From positions 172,706 through 236,705 of the forward strand of contig CAYLRN010000001.1 in NCBI GenBank assembly GCA_964386385.1: a stretch of DNA of 64,000 bases, written 5' to 3'. The DNA comes from an uncultured Lentisphaeraceae bacterium (GTDB lineage: Bacteria; Verrucomicrobiota; Kiritimatiellia; RFP12; UBA1067). The notes under the pieces were generated by a model, which saw nothing but the letters and a program-made list of their open reading frames with translations, searched no databases and was not told the origin of the DNA. Positions 16,283-26,116 of this stretch are shown here, piece by piece (position 1 is the stretch's first letter; every line of letters starts with the position of its first letter). Made by a program: the position numbers and the translations under genes.

Positions 16283-16897
16283 ATGGCAACTCTAAAACTC
16301 GGAATACTCGGTTCGGGCTCGGGCTCGAACATGCAGTCGATCGTAGACGCGATCGAGGCGAAGAGCCTCGACGCCGAAATCAGGCTCGTCCTCGCCGACG
16401 TCCCGGACGCGAAGATACTCGAACGCGGACGGAGGCACGGCATGCCGTCCATGTACCTCGACTGCGCCCCGTGGAAGACGAAACTCGAAGGCCAGGCGGA
16501 AGATCGCTGTATCGACCTCCTGAGGGGGCACGGCTGCGACACCGTCGTCCTCGCCGGATTCATGCGCATCGTCAAGCCGAAACTCCTGGCGGCGTTCCCC
16601 ATGCGCGTCCTTAACGTCCACCCCGCCCTTCTCCCCGCGTTCCCGGGCGTCCACAGCTGGACGCAGGCGCTCGACTACGGATGCAAGGTGGCGGGCGTAA
16701 CCGTCCATTTCGTCGACGCCGGCACCGACTCGGGCCCGATAATCGTGCAGAAGGCCGTGCCCGTCCTTGAAGACGACACGCCGGAGACGCTCCACGCGCG
16801 AATCCAGGAGCAGGAGCATCTCGCGTTCCCGGAGGCCCTGCGCCTTCTGGCGGCCGGCCGCCTTTCCGTGGAGGGGCGCCGCGTCCGGATCAAATAG
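16283..16897 (+). CDS. purN: Phosphoribosylglycinamide formyltransferase.
   Basis: MATLKLGILGSGSGSNMQSIVDAI...NVHPALLPAFPG...VHFVDAGTDSGPII. The RBS is caaggagaacc. Confidence 0.9.
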   Translation: MATLKLGILGSGSGSNMQSIVDAIEAKSLDAEIRLVLADVPDAKILERGRRHGMPSMYLDCAPWKTKLEGQAEDRCIDLLRGHGCDTVVLAGFMRIVKPKLLAAFPMRVLNVHPALLPAFPGVHSWTQALDYGCKVAGVTVHFVDAGTDSGPIIVQKAVPVLEDDTPETLHARIQEQEHLAFPEALRLLAAGRLSVEGRRVRIK

Positions 16898-16951
16898 CCG
16901 TCCGCGCATCCGTGTTCCACAAGACAGGAAACTGAAGAAGAAGGAAGAACC

Positions 16952-18733
16952 ATGAACGGTGCAACGCTGCTGCTCATCGCCACTGCGTGTTTTCTCGTCG
17001 GCTACTTCATCTACTCGAAATTCGTCGGGCGGCTGCTCGGCGTAGACCCGTCGCGGCCTACGCCCGCCGTCTCGATGAACGACGGGGTGGACTACGTGCC
17101 GGCGCATCCCACGGTGCTGTTCGGACACCACTTCGCGGCAATCGCCGGCGCTGGGCCGATCGTCGGCCCCGTCCTCGCCGCCGAGTTCGGCTGGGCGAGC
17201 GTCGCGCTGTGGGTCGTCCTGGGATGCATATTCATAGGCGCCGCGCACGACATGATCTCGCTCTTCCTCTCCGTCCGCCACAAGGGCGAGTCGATCGGCA
17301 GCGTGATCGGCGACATCCTCGGCCGCCCCGGCCGCATCCTGTTCCTCCTCTTCAGCTGGTCCGCGCTCGTCCTCGTCGTCGCCGAGTTCACGCGGCAGAT
17401 CTCCGTGACGTTCGTACAGGACCCGTCCATCGCCTCCGCCTCCCTTCTCTTCATCGGAGAGGCAGTCCTCTTCGGCGTATGCGTGTACCGCCTGAAGATG
17501 AACGTCCTCGTCGCCTCGCTGATATTCGTCCCGGTCATGTTCGGCTTCGTCTGGCTTGGCGGCGTGATCCCGATCGACCTCATGAAGTGCCATGGCTTCA
17601 CTGCGGCGGAGTACTGCAGAGCCCTCGCCTCCGGCACACCGGTCCCGGCCGCGATGGCCGCGGCCGCGCAGAGCGCGCAGACGATATGGACGCTCGTACT
17701 CCTCGCCTACTGCTTCCTCGCCTCCACCCTGCCGGTGTGGCTTCTCCTCCAGCCCCGCGACTACCTCAACGCGTATCTCCTCTACGCGATGATGATCCTC
17801 GGCTTCCTCGGCGTCTTCGTAGCCCACCCGACGCTGCAGACGGACGCCTTCACCGGCCTTTCAGCAATCGGACGCTCCGGCAACCTGGAATACCTCTTCC
17901 CGTTCCTGTTCGTGACAGTCGCCTGCGGCGCCTGCTCCGGCTTCCATGCGCTCGTCGCGAGCGGAACGAGCGCGAAGCAGCTGGACAGCGAAAGGAGCAT
18001 CCGCCCAGTCGCCTACGGCGGAATGCTGCTTGAGGGCGTCCTCGCCGTGATCGCGCTCGTGGGCGTGGCGGGGTCGTTCGCAAGCCAGGCGGAATACGTG
18101 AAAACCCTCCAGGTCACGGAGCCGGTGAACGTGTTCGCATCGACAATCGCCGGCTTCGTCCAGAAGATGGGCTTCCCGGCGGAGACGGCGCGGTCGTTCA
18201 TGCTGCTCTCCGTGTCCGCGTTCCTCATGACGAGCGTCGACGCCGGAACGCGCCTTGCGCGGTTCTCGTGGCAGGAGTTCATCGCCGCCGCGGCGCCGGC
18301 GGAGGAGCGCAAGGAAAAGCCGAGCATCCTCTACCGCGTCTGCCACAACATGTACTTCGGCACGGGCGTCGTCATCGCGCTCGTCTGCGCCCTGCTCCTC
18401 GGCAGCCCGAAGGCGGCGAAGTCGCTCTGGACGATCTTCGCCAGCGCAAACCAGCTGCTCGCGGCCCTGACGCTTCTCACGGCCACGCTCTGGTTCGTCC
18501 GCAGCAAGAAGCCGTGCTGGATCACGCTCGTTCCGACGTGCTTCATGATGACCGTCAGCACGTACGCGCTCATATCCCTCTTCCGCGCGTCCATTGCCGG
18601 CGGGAACTGGACTGTCGTGGGCGCGACGGGATTCCTGATTCTCGTGGCGATCGCGCTGATCCTCTTCTCGCTCTCGTACGTCTACACGCACTTCGCGCCC
18701 GCCGCGAAGAAAGACGCAAACGGCGTCCGGTGA
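16952..18733 (+). CDS. cstA: Carbon starvation protein A family peptide/pyruvate transporter.
   Basis: A 593-aa polytopic membrane protein with CstA N-terminal signature ...VPAHPTVLFGHHFAAIAGAGPIVGPVLAAEFGW... Confidence 0.9.
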   Translation: MNGATLLLIATACFLVGYFIYSKFVGRLLGVDPSRPTPAVSMNDGVDYVPAHPTVLFGHHFAAIAGAGPIVGPVLAAEFGWASVALWVVLGCIFIGAAHDMISLFLSVRHKGESIGSVIGDILGRPGRILFLLFSWSALVLVVAEFTRQISVTFVQDPSIASASLLFIGEAVLFGVCVYRLKMNVLVASLIFVPVMFGFVWLGGVIPIDLMKCHGFTAAEYCRALASGTPVPAAMAAAAQSAQTIWTLVLLAYCFLASTLPVWLLLQPRDYLNAYLLYAMMILGFLGVFVAHPTLQTDAFTGLSAIGRSGNLEYLFPFLFVTVACGACSGFHALVASGTSAKQLDSERSIRPVAYGGMLLEGVLAVIALVGVAGSFASQAEYVKTLQVTEPVNVFASTIAGFVQKMGFPAETARSFMLLSVSAFLMTSVDAGTRLARFSWQEFIAAAAPAEERKEKPSILYRVCHNMYFGTGVVIALVCALLLGSPKAAKSLWTIFASANQLLAALTLLTATLWFVRSKKPCWITLVPTCFMMTVSTYALISLFRASIAGGNWTVVGATGFLILVAIALILFSLSYVYTHFAPAAKKDANGVR

Positions 18734-18755
18734 AAGACGGAAAGGAGACGACGGC

Positions 18756-21700
18756 ATGAAGACGAAACTCCACAGCATCGGCGCGATCGCCGCGCTTGCG
18801 GCGTGTGCCGCCGCGACGGCGGCTGGCGAAAGGCCGCCGATAACGGGCGACGACGCGAAGCGTCCATACGAAATGGTGTGGGCGAACCGCGTGAAGGACC
18901 TGCACGAGCCGTTCGCGCCGCTCACTGACGCGGCGGGCTGGACGGTCGAGGCGAAGAACGCGGTCGCGACGTTCGAGCGTTCGCGCGACCTCCTTCTCTT
19001 CGGCGACGGCACGTGTCGCCTCACGTACCGCGCCACCGGAGAGCGCCCGGTCGTCACGCTCCGCCCGCCGCAGCCGATTCCGGTGAAGGGCCCGTTCGAC
19101 GTCGTGACGTGCTGGGGCTACGGCAACAACCACAACGGCTACGCGCCCGACCCGTCCACGCCGTCCGTGACCGTCACGGCCAATTTCAAGGACGCGGACG
19201 GCAGACCGTTCGCCGTCAAACTGCTCCACGTCAACTACAAGGAGTGGTTCCAGGGATGGACGCGCCTGTCGCCGGAACTCGCCGAACGGGCGAAGCGCGG
19301 CGCAGCGCTCGTCTCGCTCTCCGTGACCGGAGGCGCCAACAGGGAAGACCGCGCAATCCACCTCAACAGCCTCTGCGCGTTCGTCGAAGAGCTAAAGCCC
19401 CTCTCCTTCGCGCCGCGCGCGAAGCGTCCGAACCGCGTCTTCCCCGACGCCCCCGCCGGAAACAACGTCGGAACGGGACTTCTCCCCTTCCCGAACACGC
19501 CGCTCGGCGCGACGCCGAAGACGCGCCCCGCGCCAGAACTTGAAATCCGGCTTCCATCGCAGGCGTCCGACTGGTCGGGTCTCGCGTTCCGCTGGAAAGG
19601 CGGCGACTGGCGGCGAGTGGCGGACGGCGGCGGCCTATGGTTCGCCGATCTGCCCGCCGGACGCGAAAGGGCGAGGGGCAGGAGCCGTCGCCGCGTGGAG
19701 ACGGAGACGAGCGTCGTCACGAACCGCGCCGCGCCGCTGGACGTCACGCTGACCGGACGCCTGGCGCCCGGCGGCGACTTCGTGCGCGCCCGCTTCCACG
19801 TGGAAGGACGCTCGCTCGTCGTGGACGTCGCGACGGACGCGAAGGACGTCCGCGAAGTCCGCTTCGGCGCCTGGGCCGATCCGCCCGCCGACGCGCAGTA
19901 CGTCCGCCTCCCATACTACTCCTACGGCAACTGGGGCGCCGCCGAGCGCCCTGGCGTAATCGCCACGGAACGGAACGGCTGTCCCCTCTTCCACGCGGCG
20001 ACGATGGACTGGACGCAGTCGAACGCAAGCACTCCCGTCGGCGGCTCGCTACGCTGGGACGGCGCGCTGGCCGCCAACGGCGGAACGCTCTACGCCGAAA
20101 AGACAGACGGAACGCGGAACGTCTGCCGCGAACGATTCATCTACAGCTTCTCGGACACGTTCGCCGACGTCCTCCCCAACGTCCCCAACCCGCCCAGCCC
20201 CTGGCGCCATGTCACCGGCACTGGCGTCTGGCGCGCGCACGGCGCCGGCAACCGCGAACGCGACAAGGCGTACTGGCGCGGAGTCCGCGCGCGCGGCCTC
20301 AAGCACGTCATTGTCACCGACCACGAGACCTGCTGGCGCGACGGCGACGAGAGCTTCACGTTCAGGACCGACCCCGCGCCCAAAAAGGGCGGCGACAGGG
20401 GAATGCACGACTACGCCCGCGTGATGATCGACGAACTCGGATTCGTCTACGGCCCCTACAACAACTTCACCGACTTCGCGCCGGTCAACGCGAACTGGCA
20501 TCCCGACCGCGTGTCGCGGCGCGCCGACGGCTCATTCCAGACCGCCTGGGTGCGCTGCTACGCGCCAAAGCCCGCATACGCCGTCGAGGCGTGCGCCGAG
20601 TTCACGCCGATAAACCAGAGGAAGTTCGGCTTCAACACCGCGTACTGCGACGTCCACACCGCAGTGACGCCGTGGAGCCGGACGGACTTCGACGCGCGCG
20701 TCCCCGGCGCCGGCGCGTTCGCCTCCACGTTCTACGCGTTCGGCGAGATAATGCTGATCCAGCGGACGAACTGGCGCGGACCCGTCTACTCCGAGGGCGG
20801 CTTCCACTGGATGTACTGCGGCCTCACGGACGGCAACTACGCGCAGGACCAGAGCTACAACATATCCGCCAACCCCTGGCTCGTCGACTTCGACCTCCTT
20901 CGCCTCCACCCGCTCGCCTGCAACTTCGGCATGGGCGACGTCGGAATGTTCTATCCCGGCAAGTCCGCGCCGAAGGACGCCGACGAGAAGGTCGACCGCT
21001 TCCTCGCCGCGACTGTGGCGTTCGGCCACCCGGGCTTTCTCGTCCATTCCCAGAAAATGGAGGACCGCAGCTACTTCATGGTGCAGGCCCTCGCCGCCCG
21101 CTACACGCAGGCCGAGGCCGCCGAGATCCGCTACTTCGACGCGCACGGCGTCGCCCACGACACGTCGCGCGCCGTCCTGAACGGCGCGTTCAGGCGCTCG
21201 CAGGTGGCGGTGACGTACACGGACGGCACGTTCGTCGCGGCGAACGGGTCGCGGACAGAGCCGATGAAACTGCCATGCGGCGTCTGGCTGCCGCCGAACG
21301 GCTACTGCGGATGGACGGCGGACGGCGCCGTATTCGTCTTCAGCGGCCTCGTCGACGGCCACCGCGTCGACTGCTCCGTCTCGCCCGAATACGTCTACAT
21401 GGACGGCCGCGGCGTCGAGACGAAGCTGCCGTGCGGCACGTGCAAGGGCGCGATCGCGCGCCTGCGCGAAAAGGACGCCGGTCTCTGGCCCTCGCCCTCA
21501 ATCGCAGACTTCGCCGCGCGCAGCGCTCCGCCCGCCGGCGCATTCAAGCCGCCCGCCGCGGCGGCGGACGGCGCAATGGAGCTTCCGCCGCTCTTCTGCG
21601 TGGCGATGGAACGTCGCGGACAGGAGATGGAGGAGGTGCAGCCCGAATCCGGCGCATACGCCGGCAAGGGCGGCATGGCAAGCGGCGGCGCATGGAAGAC

Positions 21701-22055
21701 CGGCCTCACCATGCACCCGCCATACCGCGGCGGCGCCGGGCGCGTCTTCGCGCAGTACAGCCTGTCCATGCCGCAGCGCCCAATGGCGTTCACGGCGCTA
21801 GTGGGCAAGGGCGACGGCAGCGACCTCGGCGATGGAATATTCTACTCCGTCGAGGTACTGGACGCGGACGGAAAGACCACGACCGTCGCGTCCGTCCACA
21901 TCGCCAGGCACCAGTGGCTGCCGATCGCGGCAGACCTTTCGCCGTGGGCAGGCAGACGGGTGAGACTGCGCCTTGTCGCCGACTGCGGCCCCGCCGGCAA
22001 CACGGCGGGCGACTGGGCGGCGTGGGCGGACCTCGCCCTCGCGCCCGCGAAATGA
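18756..22055 (+). CDS. Large secreted hypothetical protein of 1099 aa.
   Basis: Signal peptide MKTKLHSIGAIAALAACAAATAAG. The translation is coherent. It is co-directional with cstA, GH2 and the ROK kinase. The C-terminal beta-sandwich-like region is GIFYSVEVLDADGKTTTVASVHIARHQW. Confidence 0.6.
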   Translation: MKTKLHSIGAIAALAACAAATAAGERPPITGDDAKRPYEMVWANRVKDLHEPFAPLTDAAGWTVEAKNAVATFERSRDLLLFGDGTCRLTYRATGERPVVTLRPPQPIPVKGPFDVVTCWGYGNNHNGYAPDPSTPSVTVTANFKDADGRPFAVKLLHVNYKEWFQGWTRLSPELAERAKRGAALVSLSVTGGANREDRAIHLNSLCAFVEELKPLSFAPRAKRPNRVFPDAPAGNNVGTGLLPFPNTPLGATPKTRPAPELEIRLPSQASDWSGLAFRWKGGDWRRVADGGGLWFADLPAGRERARGRSRRRVETETSVVTNRAAPLDVTLTGRLAPGGDFVRARFHVEGRSLVVDVATDAKDVREVRFGAWADPPADAQYVRLPYYSYGNWGAAERPGVIATERNGCPLFHAATMDWTQSNASTPVGGSLRWDGALAANGGTLYAEKTDGTRNVCRERFIYSFSDTFADVLPNVPNPPSPWRHVTGTGVWRAHGAGNRERDKAYWRGVRARGLKHVIVTDHETCWRDGDESFTFRTDPAPKKGGDRGMHDYARVMIDELGFVYGPYNNFTDFAPVNANWHPDRVSRRADGSFQTAWVRCYAPKPAYAVEACAEFTPINQRKFGFNTAYCDVHTAVTPWSRTDFDARVPGAGAFASTFYAFGEIMLIQRTNWRGPVYSEGGFHWMYCGLTDGNYAQDQSYNISANPWLVDFDLLRLHPLACNFGMGDVGMFYPGKSAPKDADEKVDRFLAATVAFGHPGFLVHSQKMEDRSYFMVQALAARYTQAEAAEIRYFDAHGVAHDTSRAVLNGAFRRSQVAVTYTDGTFVAANGSRTEPMKLPCGVWLPPNGYCGWTADGAVFVFSGLVDGHRVDCSVSPEYVYMDGRGVETKLPCGTCKGAIARLREKDAGLWPSPSIADFAARSAPPAGAFKPPAAAADGAMELPPLFCVAMERRGQEMEEVQPESGAYAGKGGMASGGAWKTGLTMHPPYRGGAGRVFAQYSLSMPQRPMAFTALVGKGDGSDLGDGIFYSVEVLDADGKTTTVASVHIARHQWLPIAADLSPWAGRRVRLRLVADCGPAGNTAGDWAAWADLALAPAK

Positions 22056-22109
22056 CGACGGCATTCAGAACGAACCGGTTTCACAGACAAACACACAGCG
22101 AGACTACTG

Positions 22110-24875
22110 ATGAAAAAGACAATGCTGGCATTCATGGCCATCTGCGCCACCGCCTTCGCGGGCGCCGCGACTGCGGACATCCCGCTGCCGGAGCACCCGC
22201 GTCCCGACTGGGAGCGCCCGCAGTGGATGAACCTCAACGGCACGTGGAAGTTCGCCTTCGACAAAAAGGACTGCGGCGTGAAGGACAAATGGTTCAACGC
22301 CGACGACAAGACGTTCGGCCAGACGATCTGCGTCCCCTTCCCCTGGGGCAGCAAGCTCTCCGGCGTCAAGGACGAGGCCGACATCGGCTGGTACCGCCGC
22401 GACGTCGTCGTCCCCGAATCGTGGAAGGGAAAACGCGTCTTCCTCGTCGTCGGCGCGTCCGACCACGACACCACCTGCTGGTTCGACGGCAGCCGCCTCG
22501 GCGAGCATTCCGGCGGCTACCTTCCCTTTGAATTCGAGCTGACCGACCACGTGAAGTGGGGAGAGGCGCAGAAGGTCACCCTCCGCGCATGGGACGCGCC
22601 CGGCGCGATGGCGCACCACGACTGGCGCCTCTTCGGAAAGCAGGGCTACGGCAACGCGCGCGGAGTGTGGCAGACCGTCTACCTGGAGGCGCGCGGCGCG
22701 GAGTTCATCGACTCGATCCGCTTCACGCCCGACGTCGCGAACGGCGCGGTGACGGCCGAGGTGAAACTCGCCGCCCCGGCGAAAAAACCGCTCCAGTTCG
22801 AGCTGCAGTTCAAGAAGGAGGACAGGCCAGAGCCGGCGAAGGCGTCGTTCGCGCCCGGCAAGATGGCGGCCACAATCAAGATTCCCCTTCCGGGCGCGAA
22901 GCTCTGGAACCTTGACAGCCCGTACCTCTACGAGGTGCACGCGGTGCTTTCAGGAGAGGGGACGCGAGACGAAGTCTCGGCGTACTTCGGAATGCGCGAA
23001 GTGTCCGTCGGCAAAACGCCCGGCCCCAACGGCCATCCGTACGTCACGCTCAACGGAAAGCCCATCTACCTCCAGCTTACCCTCGACCAGAGCTACCACC
23101 CGGACGGGTTCTACACGTTCCCGACCGACGAGTTCATGAAGAACGAGATCCTCATATCGAAGAACCTCGCCCTCTCCGGAAACCGCGTCCACATCAAGGT
23201 GGAAATCCCCCGCAAACTCTACTGGGCCGACAAGCTCGGACTCCTGATCATGGCCGACGTCCCGTGCGCGTGGGGTCCCGCCTCCGAGGCAATGTTCCGC
23301 GAACACTGGTTCTGCTTCGAGGACATGGTCAAGCGCGACTACAACCATCCCTCCATCTTCTCGTGGGTGCTCTTCAACGAGACGTGGGGGCTTTTCGCCG
23401 ACGGCGAGAACTGGGGCGGAAACCGCGCCAACCGCTACGCACCGTGGGTGCGCAGGAAAGTCGCGGAGGCCTACGCGAAGGCGAAGGCGCTTGACGCGAC
23501 ACGCCTTGTGGAGGACAACTCGCCCTGCAACCGCGACCACGTGGTGACCGACATCAACACCTGGCACAACTACCGCCCCGGATTCGACTGGGAGCGCACC
23601 GTCTCCTCCGTCTGCAACGAGACGTTCGCCGGCTCGAAGGCTAACTACATCGGCGGATTCGTCCAGGGCGCCGAGCCCATGTTCAACTCCGAATGCGGAA
23701 ACGTGTGGGGCTACCAGGGCTCTACGGGCGACGTCGACTGGAGCTGGGACTACCACATGATGATCAATGCCTTCCGCCGCCACCTGAAATGCGGTGGATG
23801 GCTCTACACGGAACACCACGACGTCATCAACGAATGGAACGGCTACGTCCGGTTCGACCGCACGGAGAAGTACACCGGCATCGAGGAGCTCTTCCCGGGA
23901 ATGTCGCTCAAGGACCTGCACGCGGACGCCTATCTTCCGCTTGACGTGGAACTCTGCCGCGAATTCAAGGCGGGCGAGACGTGGACGATGCCAGTGGACG
24001 TCTCGCTCACGACGGAGAAGTACGCCGGCCGCGCGCTTGACGTCCTCTGCCAGGTCCGCCACTGGAACGCCGCCGGAAAACTCGTCGAAGGGCCGGTCGC
24101 GAAGGTCAAGTCCTTCGTCGCCACGACATGGCAGAACGGCCGCGTCGCCGACGTGCCGGTGAAGCTCCCCGGTGAAACCGCCTGCGGAACGATCTGCTTC
24201 ACGCTCATGGACGGCGGCAAGCCAGTGGCGCGCAACTTCGCCTGCTTCGTGACGCGCGGCGAAAACGCCGGCGCGGTCTCCGTTCCGGCATCCGCATTCG
24301 CCAAGGCCGAATGGTCGCAGAAGCAGTGGAGCGCGATGGGCGGCGCGAAGGCGAACGGCGCCGGAAAGGGATTCTTCGAATACGAGTTCTCCGGCGTCCC
24401 GGCGGACAAGGCCGCCACTTTCCGCGCCGAAGTCGGCGCGAAGCGTCTGAACGGCAAGGACTCGAAGGACGTGGACAAGGGAGTCCGCGACCTCGACTGC
24501 ATGCTCGGCGGCGGCTTCGCCGACAGGTCGAAGAACCCGAACAGCTACCCAATGACGTGCACTGAAAAGTGGTCCTCCACCGTCAAGGTCTACGCAAACG
24601 GCGAACTCGTCAAGACGGTCGCCCTTCCGGACGACCCCGCCGACCACCGCGGCATTCTCTCCTGGTTCGCGCAGAAGCGTCCGTCCAAGGGCGCCGCCAC
24701 GCTCGACGAGGCGGGTTCGTACGGCTATCTCGTCGAGGCGGAAATCCCCGCCGCCATTGTCGCGAAGGGCGGCGGCAAGGTGACGATCCGGCTCGAGACG
24801 GAGAAGAACGGCATCGCCGTCTACGGCGCGAAGGCCGGACGCCTTCCGCTCGACCCGACAATCGCCGTCAAGTGA
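22110..24875 (+). CDS. Secreted glycoside hydrolase family 2-like protein (beta-galactosidase/beta-mannosidase-like), 921 aa.
   Basis: Signal peptide MKKTMLAFMAICATAFAGAATA. GH2 N-terminal sugar-binding-like region PEHPRPDWERPQWMNLNGTWKFAFD. Catalytic-region motif SWVLFNETWG. Confidence 0.7.
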   Translation: MKKTMLAFMAICATAFAGAATADIPLPEHPRPDWERPQWMNLNGTWKFAFDKKDCGVKDKWFNADDKTFGQTICVPFPWGSKLSGVKDEADIGWYRRDVVVPESWKGKRVFLVVGASDHDTTCWFDGSRLGEHSGGYLPFEFELTDHVKWGEAQKVTLRAWDAPGAMAHHDWRLFGKQGYGNARGVWQTVYLEARGAEFIDSIRFTPDVANGAVTAEVKLAAPAKKPLQFELQFKKEDRPEPAKASFAPGKMAATIKIPLPGAKLWNLDSPYLYEVHAVLSGEGTRDEVSAYFGMREVSVGKTPGPNGHPYVTLNGKPIYLQLTLDQSYHPDGFYTFPTDEFMKNEILISKNLALSGNRVHIKVEIPRKLYWADKLGLLIMADVPCAWGPASEAMFREHWFCFEDMVKRDYNHPSIFSWVLFNETWGLFADGENWGGNRANRYAPWVRRKVAEAYAKAKALDATRLVEDNSPCNRDHVVTDINTWHNYRPGFDWERTVSSVCNETFAGSKANYIGGFVQGAEPMFNSECGNVWGYQGSTGDVDWSWDYHMMINAFRRHLKCGGWLYTEHHDVINEWNGYVRFDRTEKYTGIEELFPGMSLKDLHADAYLPLDVELCREFKAGETWTMPVDVSLTTEKYAGRALDVLCQVRHWNAAGKLVEGPVAKVKSFVATTWQNGRVADVPVKLPGETACGTICFTLMDGGKPVARNFACFVTRGENAGAVSVPASAFAKAEWSQKQWSAMGGAKANGAGKGFFEYEFSGVPADKAATFRAEVGAKRLNGKDSKDVDKGVRDLDCMLGGGFADRSKNPNSYPMTCTEKWSSTVKVYANGELVKTVALPDDPADHRGILSWFAQKRPSKGAATLDEAGSYGYLVEAEIPAAIVAKGGGKVTIRLETEKNGIAVYGAKAGRLPLDPTIAVK

Positions 24876-24887
24876 GAAGGAGGCAAT

Positions 24888-25835
24888 ATGCAGTATTCCG
24901 TTGGCCTTGACATCGGCGGCACGAAATGCGCCGTCTGCCTTGGCTCGGTGGGCGAGTCCGGCGTGGACGTTAAGTTCCGCGTCGAATTCCCCACCGCCGG
25001 CAAGACGTGGCAGGAAGTGCTTGCGATCTACACGGACAAGATCCAGGAACTTTCCAACCAGTACGAAATCGCCAACATCGGCATCTCCTGCGGCGGGCCG
25101 CTGGATTCAAGACGCGGACTCATACAAAGCCCGCCGAACCTCCCCGGATGGGACGACGTGCCGATCGTCCAGTACTTCAAGGACCAGTTCGACGTCCCCG
25201 TCCACGTGCAGAACGACGCGAACGCCTGCGCCCTCGCCGAGGCGAAGTTCGGCGCCGGGCGCGGCGCGCGCAACGTCGTCTTCATGACGTTCGGCACGGG
25301 CCTGGGCGCCGGGCTTGTCCTTGACGGCAAACTGTACTCCGGCACGAACGACAACGCGGGCGAGATCGGACACGTCCGCCTCGCCCCGCGCGGGCCGAAG
25401 GGCTACAACAAGGACGGCAGCGCCGAGGGCTTCTGCTCCGGCGCCGGCATCGCCCGCCTCGCCGGCATCCGCGCGCGTGAACTGGAAATGGAGTTCGCCA
25501 ATTCCGAAAGCGCAAAGAAAGCCCGCGCCGACGAACTGACGACGAAGGACATCTTCGGCTACGTTCGCTCCGGCGACCCCTTCTGCACCCGCGTCTTCAA
25601 GGAGAGCGCGGAAAAGCTGGGGCAGATCCTCGCCTTCACGATCGACGTCCTGAATCCGGAGGTCATCGTCCTCGGCGGAGTGTTCATGCGCAACGCAGAC
25701 CTCTTCATGCGCGAGCTCGAGCCGATTCTCGAACGCGAGGCCCTGCCCGGAGCGCTGAAGGTCTGCCGCATCGTCCCCGCCGGCATCGGCGAGAACATCG
25801 GCGACTACGCCGCCCTCGCCGTCGCGAACATGTAG
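24888..25835 (+). CDS. ROK-family sugar kinase (glucokinase/N-acetylglucosamine kinase-like).
   Basis: MQYSVGLDIGGTKCAVCLG...GTGLGAGLVLDGKLYSGTNDNAGEIGHVRL... matches ROK signatures. Confidence 0.8.
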   Translation: MQYSVGLDIGGTKCAVCLGSVGESGVDVKFRVEFPTAGKTWQEVLAIYTDKIQELSNQYEIANIGISCGGPLDSRRGLIQSPPNLPGWDDVPIVQYFKDQFDVPVHVQNDANACALAEAKFGAGRGARNVVFMTFGTGLGAGLVLDGKLYSGTNDNAGEIGHVRLAPRGPKGYNKDGSAEGFCSGAGIARLAGIRARELEMEFANSESAKKARADELTTKDIFGYVRSGDPFCTRVFKESAEKLGQILAFTIDVLNPEVIVLGGVFMRNADLFMRELEPILEREALPGALKVCRIVPAGIGENIGDYAALAVANM

Positions 25836-25892
25836 TCGCGTAAAATCGCGCGTGACATTCAAGGGAATATGCCGGCATTCGCCCCATCCTAT

Positions 25893-26045
25893 TTGGGAGG
25901 GTCGCGCTCCTGCGCGACCGAGACACGAGCCTCCATGCGGCGGCGGACGCGCAGGAGCGCGTCCCTCCCGCTTTCGTCGCTGCCGCGACGCTCCCATCGT
26001 CCCGAACACCGTCCCGTCGGCGGGTTCTGCATTGCGCGACGGCCT
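25893..26045. repeat. REP-like element, copy 3. It has direct and inverted GGGAGGG-hairpin units plus a GCGCGACG-GCCT-CGTCGCGC hairpin at about 26024-26043.
   Basis: Direct unit tgggagggtcgcgctcctgcgcgaccgag and inverted unit ggacgcgcaggagcgcgtccctccc. Confidence 0.55.
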
Positions 26046-26116
26046 CGTCGCGCCAATCTCCGAATCGGACCTTTGGTAAAACTTAAAGTCAACGCGCAAA
26101 GGAAAGGACATCTGAC

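Noticed and set aside
16292-19057. Minus-strand ORFs of 511 and 398 aa
   Set aside because: They are antisense to purN and cstA, which have strong family signatures.
19637-22531. 964-aa plus-strand ORF in an alternative frame
   Set aside because: It is extremely Arg-rich nonsense overlapping the secreted 1099-aa protein and the GH2 gene.
22950-24647. 565-aa minus-strand ORF
   Set aside because: It is antisense to the GH2 hydrolase gene.
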